A DNA stretch of 64,000 bases from an uncultured delta proteobacterium (GTDB lineage Bacteria > Desulfobacterota > Binatia > Binatales > Binataceae). The translations under genes and the position numbers were made by a program. This document shows positions 14,687 through 23,277 of the stretch, in pieces; position 1 is the stretch's first letter, and each line of letters opens with the position of its first letter. The stretch spans positions 640,001-704,000 of the forward strand of contig CAWEEQ010000004.1 of NCBI GenBank assembly GCA_963808235.1. The letters run 5' to 3'. A model generated the notes under the pieces. The model ran no database searches. It was not told where the DNA came from and saw nothing but the letters and a program-made list of their open reading frames with translations.

Positions 14687-15241
14687 CTAGAACAACGGGA
14701 ACTGCGTGTCCTTGTTGACGTTCAGGTTGAGCGCGCTCCCGCTCGAGTTGGCAACGCGGCACCCGACCGCATCGCCGCGTTGGCAGGTGCTCTCGGCCGA
14801 ATCGGTTTCAGTCTTCGGCCAAGGCAACACCGAAATTGAATCGCAATCGGCCGGGTTGCCCTGTTTGCAGGATGAATACAGTTCGGCATACCGCGAGCTC
14901 AGACGCTCGCAGACCGCGGAGTCGCCGTTGTCGCACGCAATCGTCGCGAGCGCCTGGCATGAAGCCTCGTCGCTGGCCTGACATCTTTTAGTCAGTGCCC
15001 GGCTCGCCTCCGCCTGAAAATCCGGGACGTAGCTGGTGCACATGCGGACCGGCGCCTCGCACTTTGTCTGCAGCAGCGCGACGCACGCGTCAGCCTCGTT
15101 CTGCGCGCATCGGTCCGCATTCGTTTTGTAAATTTGATAGACCGCGGTCTCGCCGTACGACATGCATCCGGAAAACAATCCGGCTGCCGCGATCAACCCG
15201 GCTGAAATCAGCCGCTGCGATGTACCGATTCTGCCTGCCAT
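14687..15241 (-). CDS. Cys-rich helical-repeat lipoprotein (Sel1/Hcp-like spacing)
   Basis: Lipobox LFSG-C; repeated C-x7-C pairs such as CDNGDSAVC, CKQGNPADC and CQRGDAVGC. Confidence 0.6.
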   Translation of the reverse strand: MAGRIGTSQRLISAGLIAAAGLFSGCMSYGETAVYQIYKTNADRCAQNEADACVALLQTKCEAPVRMCTSYVPDFQAEASRALTKRCQASDEASCQALATIACDNGDSAVCERLSSRYAELYSSCKQGNPADCDSISVLPWPKTETDSAESTCQRGDAVGCRVANSSGSALNLNVNKDTQFPLF

Positions 15242-15289
15242 GGTCTACTGACGTTCGGCTTGATCAAAGGTTTCACCCAAACCATGCAC

Positions 15290-15318
15290 AAAAAAAAGGC
15301 GATCCCCAAGGGATCGCC
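15290..15318 (-). terminator. Rho-independent terminator after the Zn-ribbon gene / prkA operon
   Basis: Minus strand: stem GGCGATCCC-TTG-GGGATCGCC then a T8 tract. Confidence 0.85.
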
Positions 15319-15340
15319 CCAAAACGCAACGAAACTTTAA

Positions 15341-15526
15341 TTAGTGCTTCGTCTCGATTCGCCTGCCGTAGGTCACTTCGCCCTTATCGACGCGCAACGA
15401 GAAGCCGCAATCGGGATTCGTGCAGACCCACGCCTTGAAAAGAACCGAAGCGCCTTCCTGTCCATAATCCGAAAGAGGAATCAGCGTACCATTATTGCAT
15501 TTCTGGCACTTCGGCCACTCCATCAT
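15341..15526 (-). CDS. Small Zn-ribbon protein (61 aa)
   Basis: CQKC...CTNPDC motif; strong AAGGAGG SD upstream; followed by a terminator. Confidence 0.8.
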   Translation of the reverse strand: MMEWPKCQKCNNGTLIPLSDYGQEGASVLFKAWVCTNPDCGFSLRVDKGEVTYGRRIETKH

Positions 15527-15697
15527 CCGCGCCTCCTTACAGCCGACCCGAACCGCATCGTCCGTGCTGAAATTATCCGACCCCCAAATCTAAAGCAACG
15601 TGCCGCGAGCCAATTCCGGCGCCTCGCCGATACCTCTTTTGGGGGACGAAATTCGATATGTGGGCAGGCGCCTGAGCGGAAAGATTGAACGGAAAGG

Positions 15698-17185
15698 TTA
15701 CTTGAGCGCGCGGACCGAGAAGCCGCGGTCGTTGCTGCATAGCAGCGAGCGCTTGCCGTCGAGCACGGTCTCGAGCACGACCTCATGGCCCCACAATCGT
15801 TGCAGATACGCGAGGCTCTTTTCCGCGTATTCCAGATGAAGGTCGCGGGCGTCGTGCTGATGCTTCACATAAAGGGTGCGATTCTGGCCGAAGTCGGCAT
15901 CCTCGACCTTGAGCACTGGAATCGAGTTGGTGCCGACGTTCTTGATCAGCGTTTCCTTGACTTCGCGCCATCCGTCGTCGTCGGCGACTTTGCTCACCAC
16001 CAGTTCCTCGCCGCGCGCTTCGTACTCGAAGATGTCCATCTCGCGCATCAGGTCTTCGGTCAGATAGCGGCGCAGGAACGATGCGTCGCGCTCGACTTCG
16101 CGGGCCTCGAAAATCTTCTCGGTGCCGGTCTTCACCGGCGACCCGTCGCGCTTTATTTCCTCGGCGGTGGGTTCCGTGTAGCGCCGGTAAATGTCTTCCC
16201 AAATTTTGAGTCCGAGATGGTACGGGTTGATTTGGCCCGGAATCGGCCGCACGACCTGGTTGTGACGCACGATGAATTCGAGATGCAGTCCCTGGTCGAG
16301 ATCGAGCGATTCCAGAATCCGCTTGTGCCAGTAGCTGGCCCATCCCTCGTTCATGATCTTGGTTTCCGCCATCGAGACGAAGTACTTCGCTTCTTCGTCC
16401 GCGATAGTCAGCAGATCTTTTTCCCAATCGGCAAGAAACGGATTGTGATCGCGGATAAAGAGCAGCAGATCTTCGTCGGGCTCGAGCGGAACTTTGTGGA
16501 AATCGGGAACTTCGATTTCCTTGCGCGCATGGATCTTCTGAAATGGATCGGGCTGTCCCTGCGCGGCGGTCTCGGCGCGATCCAGTTGCTCGCGCGGGCT
16601 CAGTTTCTTGATCGCGAAATTGCGCCGGCACTGCCACGACAGCGCATGCGCCGCGTCGAGAATTCGCTCCACCTTCTCGACCCCGATCGAAGGATCCTCG
16701 ACGTAGCGGCGGACCCGGAGCGCATGCGCCTTGAAGATCTCGATCGTGTGTTCGGCGCGGGTCGACGATTTGTAGGTAAAATTGTTCTTGAAGAAATCGT
16801 TGTGCCCGTAGACGTGCGCGATCGTCAGGATCTGCAGGAGCATCGTGTTGTCGCGCATCAGGTACGCGATCGCCGGATTCGAATTGATCACCATCTCGTA
16901 GGGCAAGCCGCTGACCCCGTGATCGTAGAGCGTCTTCAGCTTTTCGTACGACTTGCCGTACGACCAATGCGGATAGTGCGAGGGCATCCCGGAGTACGCC
17001 ATGTACCCGAGCATCCCGGAGTGATCGCAAATCTCGAATTCCTGCGGGTAACAGTCGAGCCCGAACTCGGCCACCTTCTCGCGAATTTTTTCGTCCCACT
17101 CGACGAGGTCTTTTAGCTCGTAGGGGGCGATTTTGGCCACCTTGCCGACGCTTGCCGCGTTTGCGATTCCTTCGCCCGAGCTCAT
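15698..17185 (-). CDS. spoVR: SpoVR/YcgB family protein
   Basis: GMP.HYPHWSYGK, YEMVINSNP, AHVYGHNDFFKNN, TKIMNEGWASYWH and NPYHLG motifs. Confidence 0.95.
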   Translation of the reverse strand: MSSGEGIANAASVGKVAKIAPYELKDLVEWDEKIREKVAEFGLDCYPQEFEICDHSGMLGYMAYSGMPSHYPHWSYGKSYEKLKTLYDHGVSGLPYEMVINSNPAIAYLMRDNTMLLQILTIAHVYGHNDFFKNNFTYKSSTRAEHTIEIFKAHALRVRRYVEDPSIGVEKVERILDAAHALSWQCRRNFAIKKLSPREQLDRAETAAQGQPDPFQKIHARKEIEVPDFHKVPLEPDEDLLLFIRDHNPFLADWEKDLLTIADEEAKYFVSMAETKIMNEGWASYWHKRILESLDLDQGLHLEFIVRHNQVVRPIPGQINPYHLGLKIWEDIYRRYTEPTAEEIKRDGSPVKTGTEKIFEAREVERDASFLRRYLTEDLMREMDIFEYEARGEELVVSKVADDDGWREVKETLIKNVGTNSIPVLKVEDADFGQNRTLYVKHQHDARDLHLEYAEKSLAYLQRLWGHEVVLETVLDGKRSLLCSNDRGFSVRALK

Positions 17186-18525
17186 GATTCCTTTACCCGG
17201 TCCTTGGCCAGGAACGCCTTGAACGACGGCCAGATGTCCTCTTTGCGTTCGATCAGCACGGTGTGGAAGTTGGGCGCCTGGATTCGGCGGAACACGTTGA
17301 GCATCGAAGATTCATAGTAGCGCGAGCCGAGCGGTTTGATTTCGCCGTAGCCGAACAGGTTGCAGATGGTGGCGAGTTCCTCCGCGTCTTTGAGCGCGGC
17401 GGGATTGTCGGAGTCGAAGTTGTCGCCGTCGGAGCAGTGGAACGCGTACACGTTCCACAAGGACGGATGGTAGCGCGCGGCGATGATCTCCAGCGCCTTC
17501 GCGTATCCCGATGAAATGAAAGTGCCGCCCGATTCACCCTTGTGGAAGAACTCTTCCTCGGTGACCTCGCTGGCCTCCGTGTGATGCGCGATGAAAACGA
17601 TTTCGACGTTGCGGTAGCGGGTCGAGATGAACTGGTAGAGGAGAAAGAAGAAGCTGCGCGCGAGATACTTCTTCATCGTGTCCATCGAGCCCGAGGTATC
17701 CATGATGCAAATGACCGCGGCGTTGGACTCTTCCTTGGTGTCGACTTCGACGTGCTTGTAGCGCAAGTCATCCTGATGGAACGGGAAGCGCCGCTTGACG
17801 CGCTGGAACGCGGCGACGGTTGCGGGAGCGAGCGCTTCCTCATCGGGTGTGCCTTGGTCGAGAGTGCCTTCTTCGAGCGCGATTTCATCCAGCGCGCCTT
17901 CAACGTCGGCGTCGGCGCCGATTTCGCGGTCGGCCTTCGACTCGGCCAGGGCGCGCGCGGCCGCATCGTTGCGTTTGTCCGACGCGAGCATCCGCATCAC
18001 GCGCTGCTTGGCGGTGCGCCGCTTGTCGAGCCGGATGCGGATGCCGACCTTGCGGTAGCCTTTGCGCCGCGACGAGTATTCGGACTGGATTTCGCGCAGC
18101 GCGCGGCGTTCGAGGTTGGGCAGCTCGAGATCCTCGAACATGATCTCGATCAGCTCCTCGAGGGTGACGTCGGTCTCGTAGTAGTCGACGCCGGGACGAT
18201 CGCCGGCATGTTCGTCGCCCTTGCCGAGGCCGTCCTTGCCGGTCTTGCCGACGACCTGGCCGGGGCGGGTCTCGCCGTCGCCCTGCGATGCGCCGGGGGC
18301 GTTGTCGCCGTAGACGAAGCGGTATTCCTTGATTCCGCGGAGCGGAACCTTGATGACGCGATCTTTATCTTTGCCGATGATCGATTCTTCGGCGATTATG
18401 TCGGCGATATTTTCGCGGATCGATTCGCGGACTTTCTGGCGATGGCGCAGCCGGTCGCCGGCTGAGCGATCGGAGCGCTCGGCGTCGGAAATCCGGTACT
18501 CGCGGAAGATTGTGTCGCCGCTCAT
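17182..18525 (-). CDS. yhbH: YhbH/YeaH (DUF444) vWA-like protein
   Basis: MDTSGSM MIDAS motif, ARSFFFLLY.F, ESGGT.ISS, SDGDN and GYGEI; ATGA overlap with spoVR. Confidence 0.93.
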   Translation of the reverse strand: MSGDTIFREYRISDAERSDRSAGDRLRHRQKVRESIRENIADIIAEESIIGKDKDRVIKVPLRGIKEYRFVYGDNAPGASQGDGETRPGQVVGKTGKDGLGKGDEHAGDRPGVDYYETDVTLEELIEIMFEDLELPNLERRALREIQSEYSSRRKGYRKVGIRIRLDKRRTAKQRVMRMLASDKRNDAAARALAESKADREIGADADVEGALDEIALEEGTLDQGTPDEEALAPATVAAFQRVKRRFPFHQDDLRYKHVEVDTKEESNAAVICIMDTSGSMDTMKKYLARSFFFLLYQFISTRYRNVEIVFIAHHTEASEVTEEEFFHKGESGGTFISSGYAKALEIIAARYHPSLWNVYAFHCSDGDNFDSDNPAALKDAEELATICNLFGYGEIKPLGSRYYESSMLNVFRRIQAPNFHTVLIERKEDIWPSFKAFLAKDRVKES

Positions 18526-18590
18526 AGTTGCATCACAGGGGCTGTTTGCGTCGCGGAACTCAACGCACTGTGATTGCCTTGGGCGCGGCT

Positions 18591-18623
18591 CCGGGTTTCT
18601 TCGCTGCGCTCAGAATGACACAA
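18591..18623 (+). repeat. 33-bp palindromic repeat R1 (GIY-YIG-associated family)
   Basis: ccgggtttcttcgctgcgctcagaatgacacaa. Confidence 0.9.
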
Positions 18624-18710
18624 AAAACAGACTCCACTCGGAAGAACATAAAACATCAACCCTGTGGATCGAACTTTCATTCTGGTTCTTTGTGGGTCTG
18701 CTCTGCGTCC

Positions 18711-18743
18711 TTGTGTCATTCTGAGCGAAGCGAAGAAACCCGG
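18711..18743 (-). repeat. 33-bp palindromic repeat R2, inverted relative to R1/R3/R4
   Basis: Reverse complement ccgggtttcttcgcttcgctcagaatgacacaa, 1 mismatch to R1; supplies the nuclease stop codon. Confidence 0.9.
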
Positions 18744-19054
18744 TCTTCGCTCGACACAGCACTCAAGTCCTGCCACGAGGGGTTTTCTTGTTCAATCAGT
18801 GCAATCTTTTTTGACCGCGTTAGGGACTTAATATGTTTCTCGGCTTCAATCGCTGCGCCGATGTCGTTTGTCTCCTGGAAATAGACTAAACGGTCGATGC
18901 CGTAGCGTTTTGTGAATCCGTCGAGGGTGCCGCTTTTGTGTTCGTACACGCGGCGTTCGAGATCGTTGGTCACGCCAACGTAGAGCGTTCGCGAGATGCT
19001 GCTCATGATGTAGACGAAGTAGGACTTGGGGCTCGATGTTCTTCGCGTGGTCAT
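18716..19054 (-). CDS. Small stand-alone GIY-YIG nuclease (YhbQ/UPF0213-like)
   Basis: YFVYIM...LYVGVTNDLERRVYEHK...FTKRY...LVYF...AAIEAEKHIK...KKIALIE..NP.W.DL; catalytic Tyr/Arg/His/Glu present; ATG at 19054 directly adjoins repeat R3. Confidence 0.92.
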   Translation of the reverse strand: MTTRRTSSPKSYFVYIMSSISRTLYVGVTNDLERRVYEHKSGTLDGFTKRYGIDRLVYFQETNDIGAAIEAEKHIKSLTRSKKIALIEQENPSWQDLSAVSSEDRVSSLRSE

Positions 19055-19203
19055 CCGGGTTTCCTTGCTTCGCTCGGAATGACACAACGATCAGGCACGG
19101 AATTGAGGAAAGGCACGATGTCCTCGCTTCGCCTTGGGTCTTGGAGGGTCGATGTTCTTCGCGTGGTCATCCGGGTTTCCTTGCTTCGCTCGGAATGACA
19201 CAA
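19033..19203 (+). repeat. Two identical 55-bp direct repeats (19033-19087, 19149-19203), each containing a 33-bp palindrome (R3, R4) plus the first 7 codons of the nuclease
   Basis: tcgatgttcttcgcgtggtcatccgggtttccttgcttcgctcggaatgacacaa occurs twice with a 116-bp period; degenerate extra copy at ~19117-19137. Confidence 0.92.
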
Positions 19204-19259
19204 AGACCAGACTCGGCTCAGTCAGATTGGTCGTTTGCTTGTTCCTCGGCGTTATTTGC

Positions 19260-21194
19260 TTAATCCTTCCACAAATTGTTGGCTGCGTACTTCAGGACTA
19301 CGTCTACGCAGGATTCGCAGTAGCCGTTTTCCAGCAGGTTTTTTACCATCGAGCTGTACTTTTCGCCTTGCTCCTCGTCGCGGGTGCGGGCCTTGGTGAT
19401 GATGCGTGAGATGTCGCGGACCGAGGTCATCAGCTTTTTCTCGATCGCTTCCTTGAGCGGCTCGTAGCTCTTGTAGCTGATCTTCTCGTTGCGCCGCGAA
19501 GTGGCCCACAGGTACGCGATCACTTCCTGGCGGAATCCGTCGGCGGCCGAGCCGATTATCGCGATCTGCTCTTCGATCGACTTCAGGAACCCTTCGTCCG
19601 GCGACAGTTCCTCATTGGTATTCCGGTCGCGGACGCGGGTCTTATTGACGTAGGCCTCGGCGTGATCGAGGTAGTTCTGGAACAGCGATTCCGCCTGCTC
19701 CTGGTAGGAGTAAACGAACGCGCGGGTGATCTCTTTTTCGAGCAGGTCGAGATATTCCTTGTGCAGCGTGTCCTGCAGGAACTCGAGGTACTGCTTGCGG
19801 GTATCGTCGGGCAGGTCGCCCTCCTTGGTCATCGAGATGAGCGCCTCGCGCACGTTGATCGGATTGATGCAGTTGCCGGTGACGTTGTCGGAGAGCGCAT
19901 TGTCGAGCGCCTTCATGATGAAGCGGGTCGAGATTCCCGACATCCCTTCGCGCTTGGTGTCCTCTTTCAGTTCCTGCACGTCGATCTTCTTGGTGCGTCC
20001 CTTCTCGACGACTTCCTCGCCGTTGTAGAGCCGCAGCTTGGTCATCAGATCGCATTTTGAGGTCGGCTCGAGCCGCGACAGGATCGCGTACATCGAGGCG
20101 AGCTCGAGCGTGTGCGGCGCCACGTGCGCGCGGAAGTCGGAGTTCCTGATGATCTTCTGATAGATCTTCACTTCTTCCGACAGGCGCAGGTTGTAGGGCA
20201 CCTTGACCACGACGATACGATCGAGGATCGCCTCGTTGGTGTGATCGGCTTTGAACTTCTGCCATTCCGCTTCGTTCGAATGCGCGACGATGCAGGTATC
20301 GACGTAGACCATCCCATGCCGCCCCGGCGCCGGAATGACTTTTTCCTGGGTCGCCGTGATCATCGCGTGCAGGTACTCGGTCTCGTTCTTGAAGACTTCG
20401 ATGAACTCGACGATCCCGCGGTTGCCGACGTTGAGCGCGCCGTTAAGCTCGAGCACGCGGGGGTCGCCTTCCGAATACTGATCGAGTTTCGAGATGTCTT
20501 CCGATCCGATCAGAACCGAGGTGTCCTGGTTATTCGGATCGACCGGCGGAACCACGCCGACACCGACCCGGTTGCGCTTGGAGAAGGCGCGCGCGGAGAT
20601 CGGGAATTCCTCGTAACGGTTGTTGAACTCGGATTTCAGGCGATAGCGGCATACCGGGCAGAGATCGCCCTCGATGTGCACGCCGAGCATCTTCTCGAAC
20701 TCGCGGCGCAGATGGCGCGGGACGAGATGCAGCGGCTCCTCGTTCATCGGGCATCCTTCGATCGCGTAAATCAGGCCGACCTGCTCGAGGCCGCGCTGGA
20801 TGCGCTCGACCAGCGAGCTCTTGCCCGATCCGACCGGTCCCATCAGGTACAGAACCTGACGGCTCTCTTCGCCCTTGAGCGAGGCGGAATGGAAGTAGCG
20901 GACTATCTGCGCGATAGTGCGCTCGATTCCGAAAAATTCCTCGGCGAAGAAGTTGAAGACCTTGATCGGCTCGTCCTTGTAGAGCCGCTTGGTACGGGGA
21001 TCATCGGTGTCGGACAGCGGATGCAAGCCCGACGAGATGATCAGATCGTAGATGCGCGCGTGCGAGAGCTTGGTCATGATCGGGTCGGCCTTGACCAGCT
21101 CGAGGTATTCGAGCAGCGTGCCGCGCCATTGTTTCGACTCGCGCGCGGCGCGGTCTTCCTTGATCACTCGCTCGAAGTGGTTGAGATCCGCCAT
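19260..21194 (-). CDS. prkA: PrkA/YeaG family AAA+ protein (annotated as serine protein kinase)
   Basis: Walker A GPVGSGKS, GCPMNEEPL, GNRGIVEFIEVFK, HSNEAEW and EGMSGISTRF motifs. Confidence 0.96.
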   Translation of the reverse strand: MADLNHFERVIKEDRAARESKQWRGTLLEYLELVKADPIMTKLSHARIYDLIISSGLHPLSDTDDPRTKRLYKDEPIKVFNFFAEEFFGIERTIAQIVRYFHSASLKGEESRQVLYLMGPVGSGKSSLVERIQRGLEQVGLIYAIEGCPMNEEPLHLVPRHLRREFEKMLGVHIEGDLCPVCRYRLKSEFNNRYEEFPISARAFSKRNRVGVGVVPPVDPNNQDTSVLIGSEDISKLDQYSEGDPRVLELNGALNVGNRGIVEFIEVFKNETEYLHAMITATQEKVIPAPGRHGMVYVDTCIVAHSNEAEWQKFKADHTNEAILDRIVVVKVPYNLRLSEEVKIYQKIIRNSDFRAHVAPHTLELASMYAILSRLEPTSKCDLMTKLRLYNGEEVVEKGRTKKIDVQELKEDTKREGMSGISTRFIMKALDNALSDNVTGNCINPINVREALISMTKEGDLPDDTRKQYLEFLQDTLHKEYLDLLEKEITRAFVYSYQEQAESLFQNYLDHAEAYVNKTRVRDRNTNEELSPDEGFLKSIEEQIAIIGSAADGFRQEVIAYLWATSRRNEKISYKSYEPLKEAIEKKLMTSVRDISRIITKARTRDEEQGEKYSSMVKNLLENGYCESCVDVVLKYAANNLWKD

Positions 21195-21309
21195 CGGCTA
21201 TCTCCTTCGGGTAAAAGTGTTTCGGGGTAAGTTGTATTGAGCAGTTAGACTGCCAGAGGGAGCGGGAAGCGTTCGGGCCGTGCGACTTTTATAGCCCATT
21301 CTGCATCCG

Positions 21310-21338
21310 AGTATATCGGAGCCGGGCAGGTGCAACAA
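21310..21338 (-). promoter_or_regulatory. Putative sigma70 promoter of the prkA operon
   Basis: TTGTTG-17 bp-TATACT on the minus strand, ~115 nt upstream of the prkA ATG. Confidence 0.45.
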
Positions 21339-21538
21339 GCAAGCATCCGAAAAAGCGCATCGAAAGCGAATCTTCGGAATCCTAGTCTCGCCTGCGCGGC
21401 TGGCGGCAGGGGTGACCCCTGCACCCAGTGTCTACACGGAGCGAAGCGGCCAGTGGCGGCATTTCGCGGTGGTTTTGGGTGTGGGGAGTGCGCGAAACCT
21501 TGCAGGGGGTTTCTTTGATTGAGTTTGGGCACTGAGTG

Positions 21539-21592
21539 GTGGCACGAGCTGGAAGCTCGCGCATCACCCACGGGCAGGGACGCCCGTGCCAC
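21539..21592. repeat. Inverted REP dimer (GTGG-tagged hairpins, REPIN-like)
   Basis: GTGGCA-CGAGCT-gga-AGCTCG facing the reverse complement of GTGG-CACGGGC-gtccct-GCCCGTG, 7-nt spacer. Confidence 0.65.
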
Positions 21593-21599
21593 TAGAATT

Positions 21600-21634
21600 T
21601 TAGGAAAATTGGGAAAATTAGGAAAATTGGAAAA
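21600..21634. repeat. Short tandem 9-mer repeat (TTRGGAAAA, about 4 copies)
   Basis: ttaggaaaa ttgggaaaa ttaggaaaa ttggaaaa, spanning the stop codon of the MBL gene. Confidence 0.75.
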
Positions 21635-22505
21635 GGTGGTCGGAGACGGGGACTGCTTCGCCGAGGACGATGCGGCCGCGATCGTTTTTGACGCGCGCTG
21701 CGAAGACCGCGTCGTCGTGGGCGAACGACAGCCACCACGCGTTCTTTTCCGCGAGTCCAAGGTAGTGCGCTTTCTGTTCCATCGTGCGGAGTGCGTCGAG
21801 ATCGTAGGCCTGGTTCCATGGACCGCGCAGATGCGAACGGGTTGGGATGATATCGGCCATGTGCATGAAGCATTCGCCGCCGTCGCTCACAATTGCCGCC
21901 TGATGATCGCGAGTATGGCCGCCGGTTACCACGGCGCGCACGCCCGGAACGATGTCGGTGTCGCCGTCGATTGCTTCGAGCATCGTGCGCACCGGCGCCA
22001 GGATTTCGCGGCAGTGGCGATAGGCGGCGTGCAGGCGCTCGTTGCGCGGATTCTCGGCGATCTCGAGTTCGCCGCGCTGCACAAAAATCCGCGCGCGCGG
22101 AAACGCGGGCTCGAGCACCCCTGAATCTCGCCGGCGCACGATTCCTCCGCAGTGATCGAAATGCAGATGCGAAACGATCACGGCTGTGATGTCGTTGGGT
22201 TCCATCCCGAGCGCGCGGATGTGCGAGGGGAGCCATCCGTCGCCGTGATCGAAGATCTGTCGCTCGACGTCGCTCAGGCGGTTGCCGATTCCGGTGTCGA
22301 CCAGGATCGCGTCGGTGCCTTTCATAATGAGCGGACAGGTCAAGTTGAGGCGGATACGATTGCGCTCGTCGGGCGGATGGTTGCGTTTCCAGAGTTCGCG
22401 CGGGACCACGCCGAACATGCATCCGCCGTCGTTGCGCCATAGGCCATCGGCGAGGAACGCGACGGAGAATGCGCCGATTTTGATTTTTGGTGGTAGTGCT
22501 GGCAT
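21618..22505 (-). CDS. MBL-fold metallo-hydrolase (YtnP/AHL-lactonase-like)
   Basis: DGG.MFGVVP, LVDTGIG, SHLHFDHCGG (HxHxDH), GGHT and D/H metal ligands. Confidence 0.88.
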   Translation of the reverse strand: MPALPPKIKIGAFSVAFLADGLWRNDGGCMFGVVPRELWKRNHPPDERNRIRLNLTCPLIMKGTDAILVDTGIGNRLSDVERQIFDHGDGWLPSHIRALGMEPNDITAVIVSHLHFDHCGGIVRRRDSGVLEPAFPRARIFVQRGELEIAENPRNERLHAAYRHCREILAPVRTMLEAIDGDTDIVPGVRAVVTGGHTRDHQAAIVSDGGECFMHMADIIPTRSHLRGPWNQAYDLDALRTMEQKAHYLGLAEKNAWWLSFAHDDAVFAARVKNDRGRIVLGEAVPVSDHLFQFS

Positions 22506-22592
22506 CTACCTAACCCCTAACCCCTTCCCCTGGTGGAATCGCCCCCGGCGCGTGGGGAACCAAATCAAAGGCGAGAGCGGCAAGAAATTGGT

Positions 22593-23054
22593 TCAACTTC
22601 CCGTCAACCATAATCCGAGCAGCAGTGCGATACTGCCCATCGCGACGACTGCGGCGTGCGCCTTCACTGTCCGATCAAGAAGGCCCGCGAGCGCATCGCT
22701 CCGTCCGCGTTCGATCACAGCTCTGAAGGTCACGCCGATTCTGATCGAGTAGCGCATCACGGCGATCATCGCGATGAAGAGTGCGATCTTGATCGTGAGT
22801 ACGGTGATGAACGTGATCGAAAAGGTGAATTGCCGCGAAATTCCGGCTTCCACGAAATTGATCAGCCCGGCCAGGAACAGCAGCGCTGCGGCAGCCATCG
22901 CGAGGAGATCGATCTGGGGAGCCGCGTTGACGGCGAAGTGACGCTGCTCGGCGCTTCCCGGCTCGGGTGCGAATCCCGCGATGACGAAGCATGCGCATGC
23001 GCCGATCCACACTGCGCCCGCCGCCGCGTGTATCCATAGAATCGTCGTCGCCAA
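22593..23054 (-). CDS. 4-TM membrane protein, CopD/DUF4149-like
   Basis: WIH..AGAVWIG N-terminal helix, four hydrophobic segments, LTIKI motif. Confidence 0.55.
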   Translation of the reverse strand: MATTILWIHAAAGAVWIGACACFVIAGFAPEPGSAEQRHFAVNAAPQIDLLAMAAAALLFLAGLINFVEAGISRQFTFSITFITVLTIKIALFIAMIAVMRYSIRIGVTFRAVIERGRSDALAGLLDRTVKAHAAVVAMGSIALLLGLWLTGS

Positions 23055-23140
23055 TGGTCTGGTTCCCCCTGTTCGCGCGATCGGCGAAAAGACTAATCCG
23101 CGACGCGTTTGATTGCATCCCTGATGCGCGCTGGCGGAAC

Positions 23141-23277
23141 GTGAGGGCGCGACGGCATCGAGCTGAATGCGCGCGCCCTCACCCGACGCAGCGTCGGCCT
23201 CTCCCGGGGGGAGAGGCGAATCAGGAAATCGCTTGGCGGGAAGCCCCTTCGACTTCGCTCAGGACGACAGAAAGGAG
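23141..23277. repeat. Composite intergenic repeat (double-hairpin element plus CCTTCGACTTCGCTCAGGACGACA palindrome)
   Basis: ccctcac-ccgacgc/gcgtcgg-cctctccc/gggagagg (23176-23216) followed by cccttcgacttcgctcaggacgaca (23245-23269); modules shared with 31319-31539. Confidence 0.75.

Noticed and set aside
18591-19203. Possible CRISPR array next to a nuclease
   Set aside because: Repeats occur in both orientations, spacing is irregular (87 bp, a whole gene, 83 bp), flanks are duplicated rather than unique, and no cas genes are present.
18522-19409. Short ORFs containing CHSERSEE or FFAALRMTQ peptides (also at 49430-49795)
   Set aside because: These are translations of the palindromic DNA repeat, not a protein family.
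15698-21194. Sporulation capability implied by spoVR/yhbH/prkA
   Set aside because: The triad is widespread in non-sporulating bacteria (E. coli yeaG, yeaH, ycgB), and the window encodes diderm features such as a TBDR and an AsmA-like protein.
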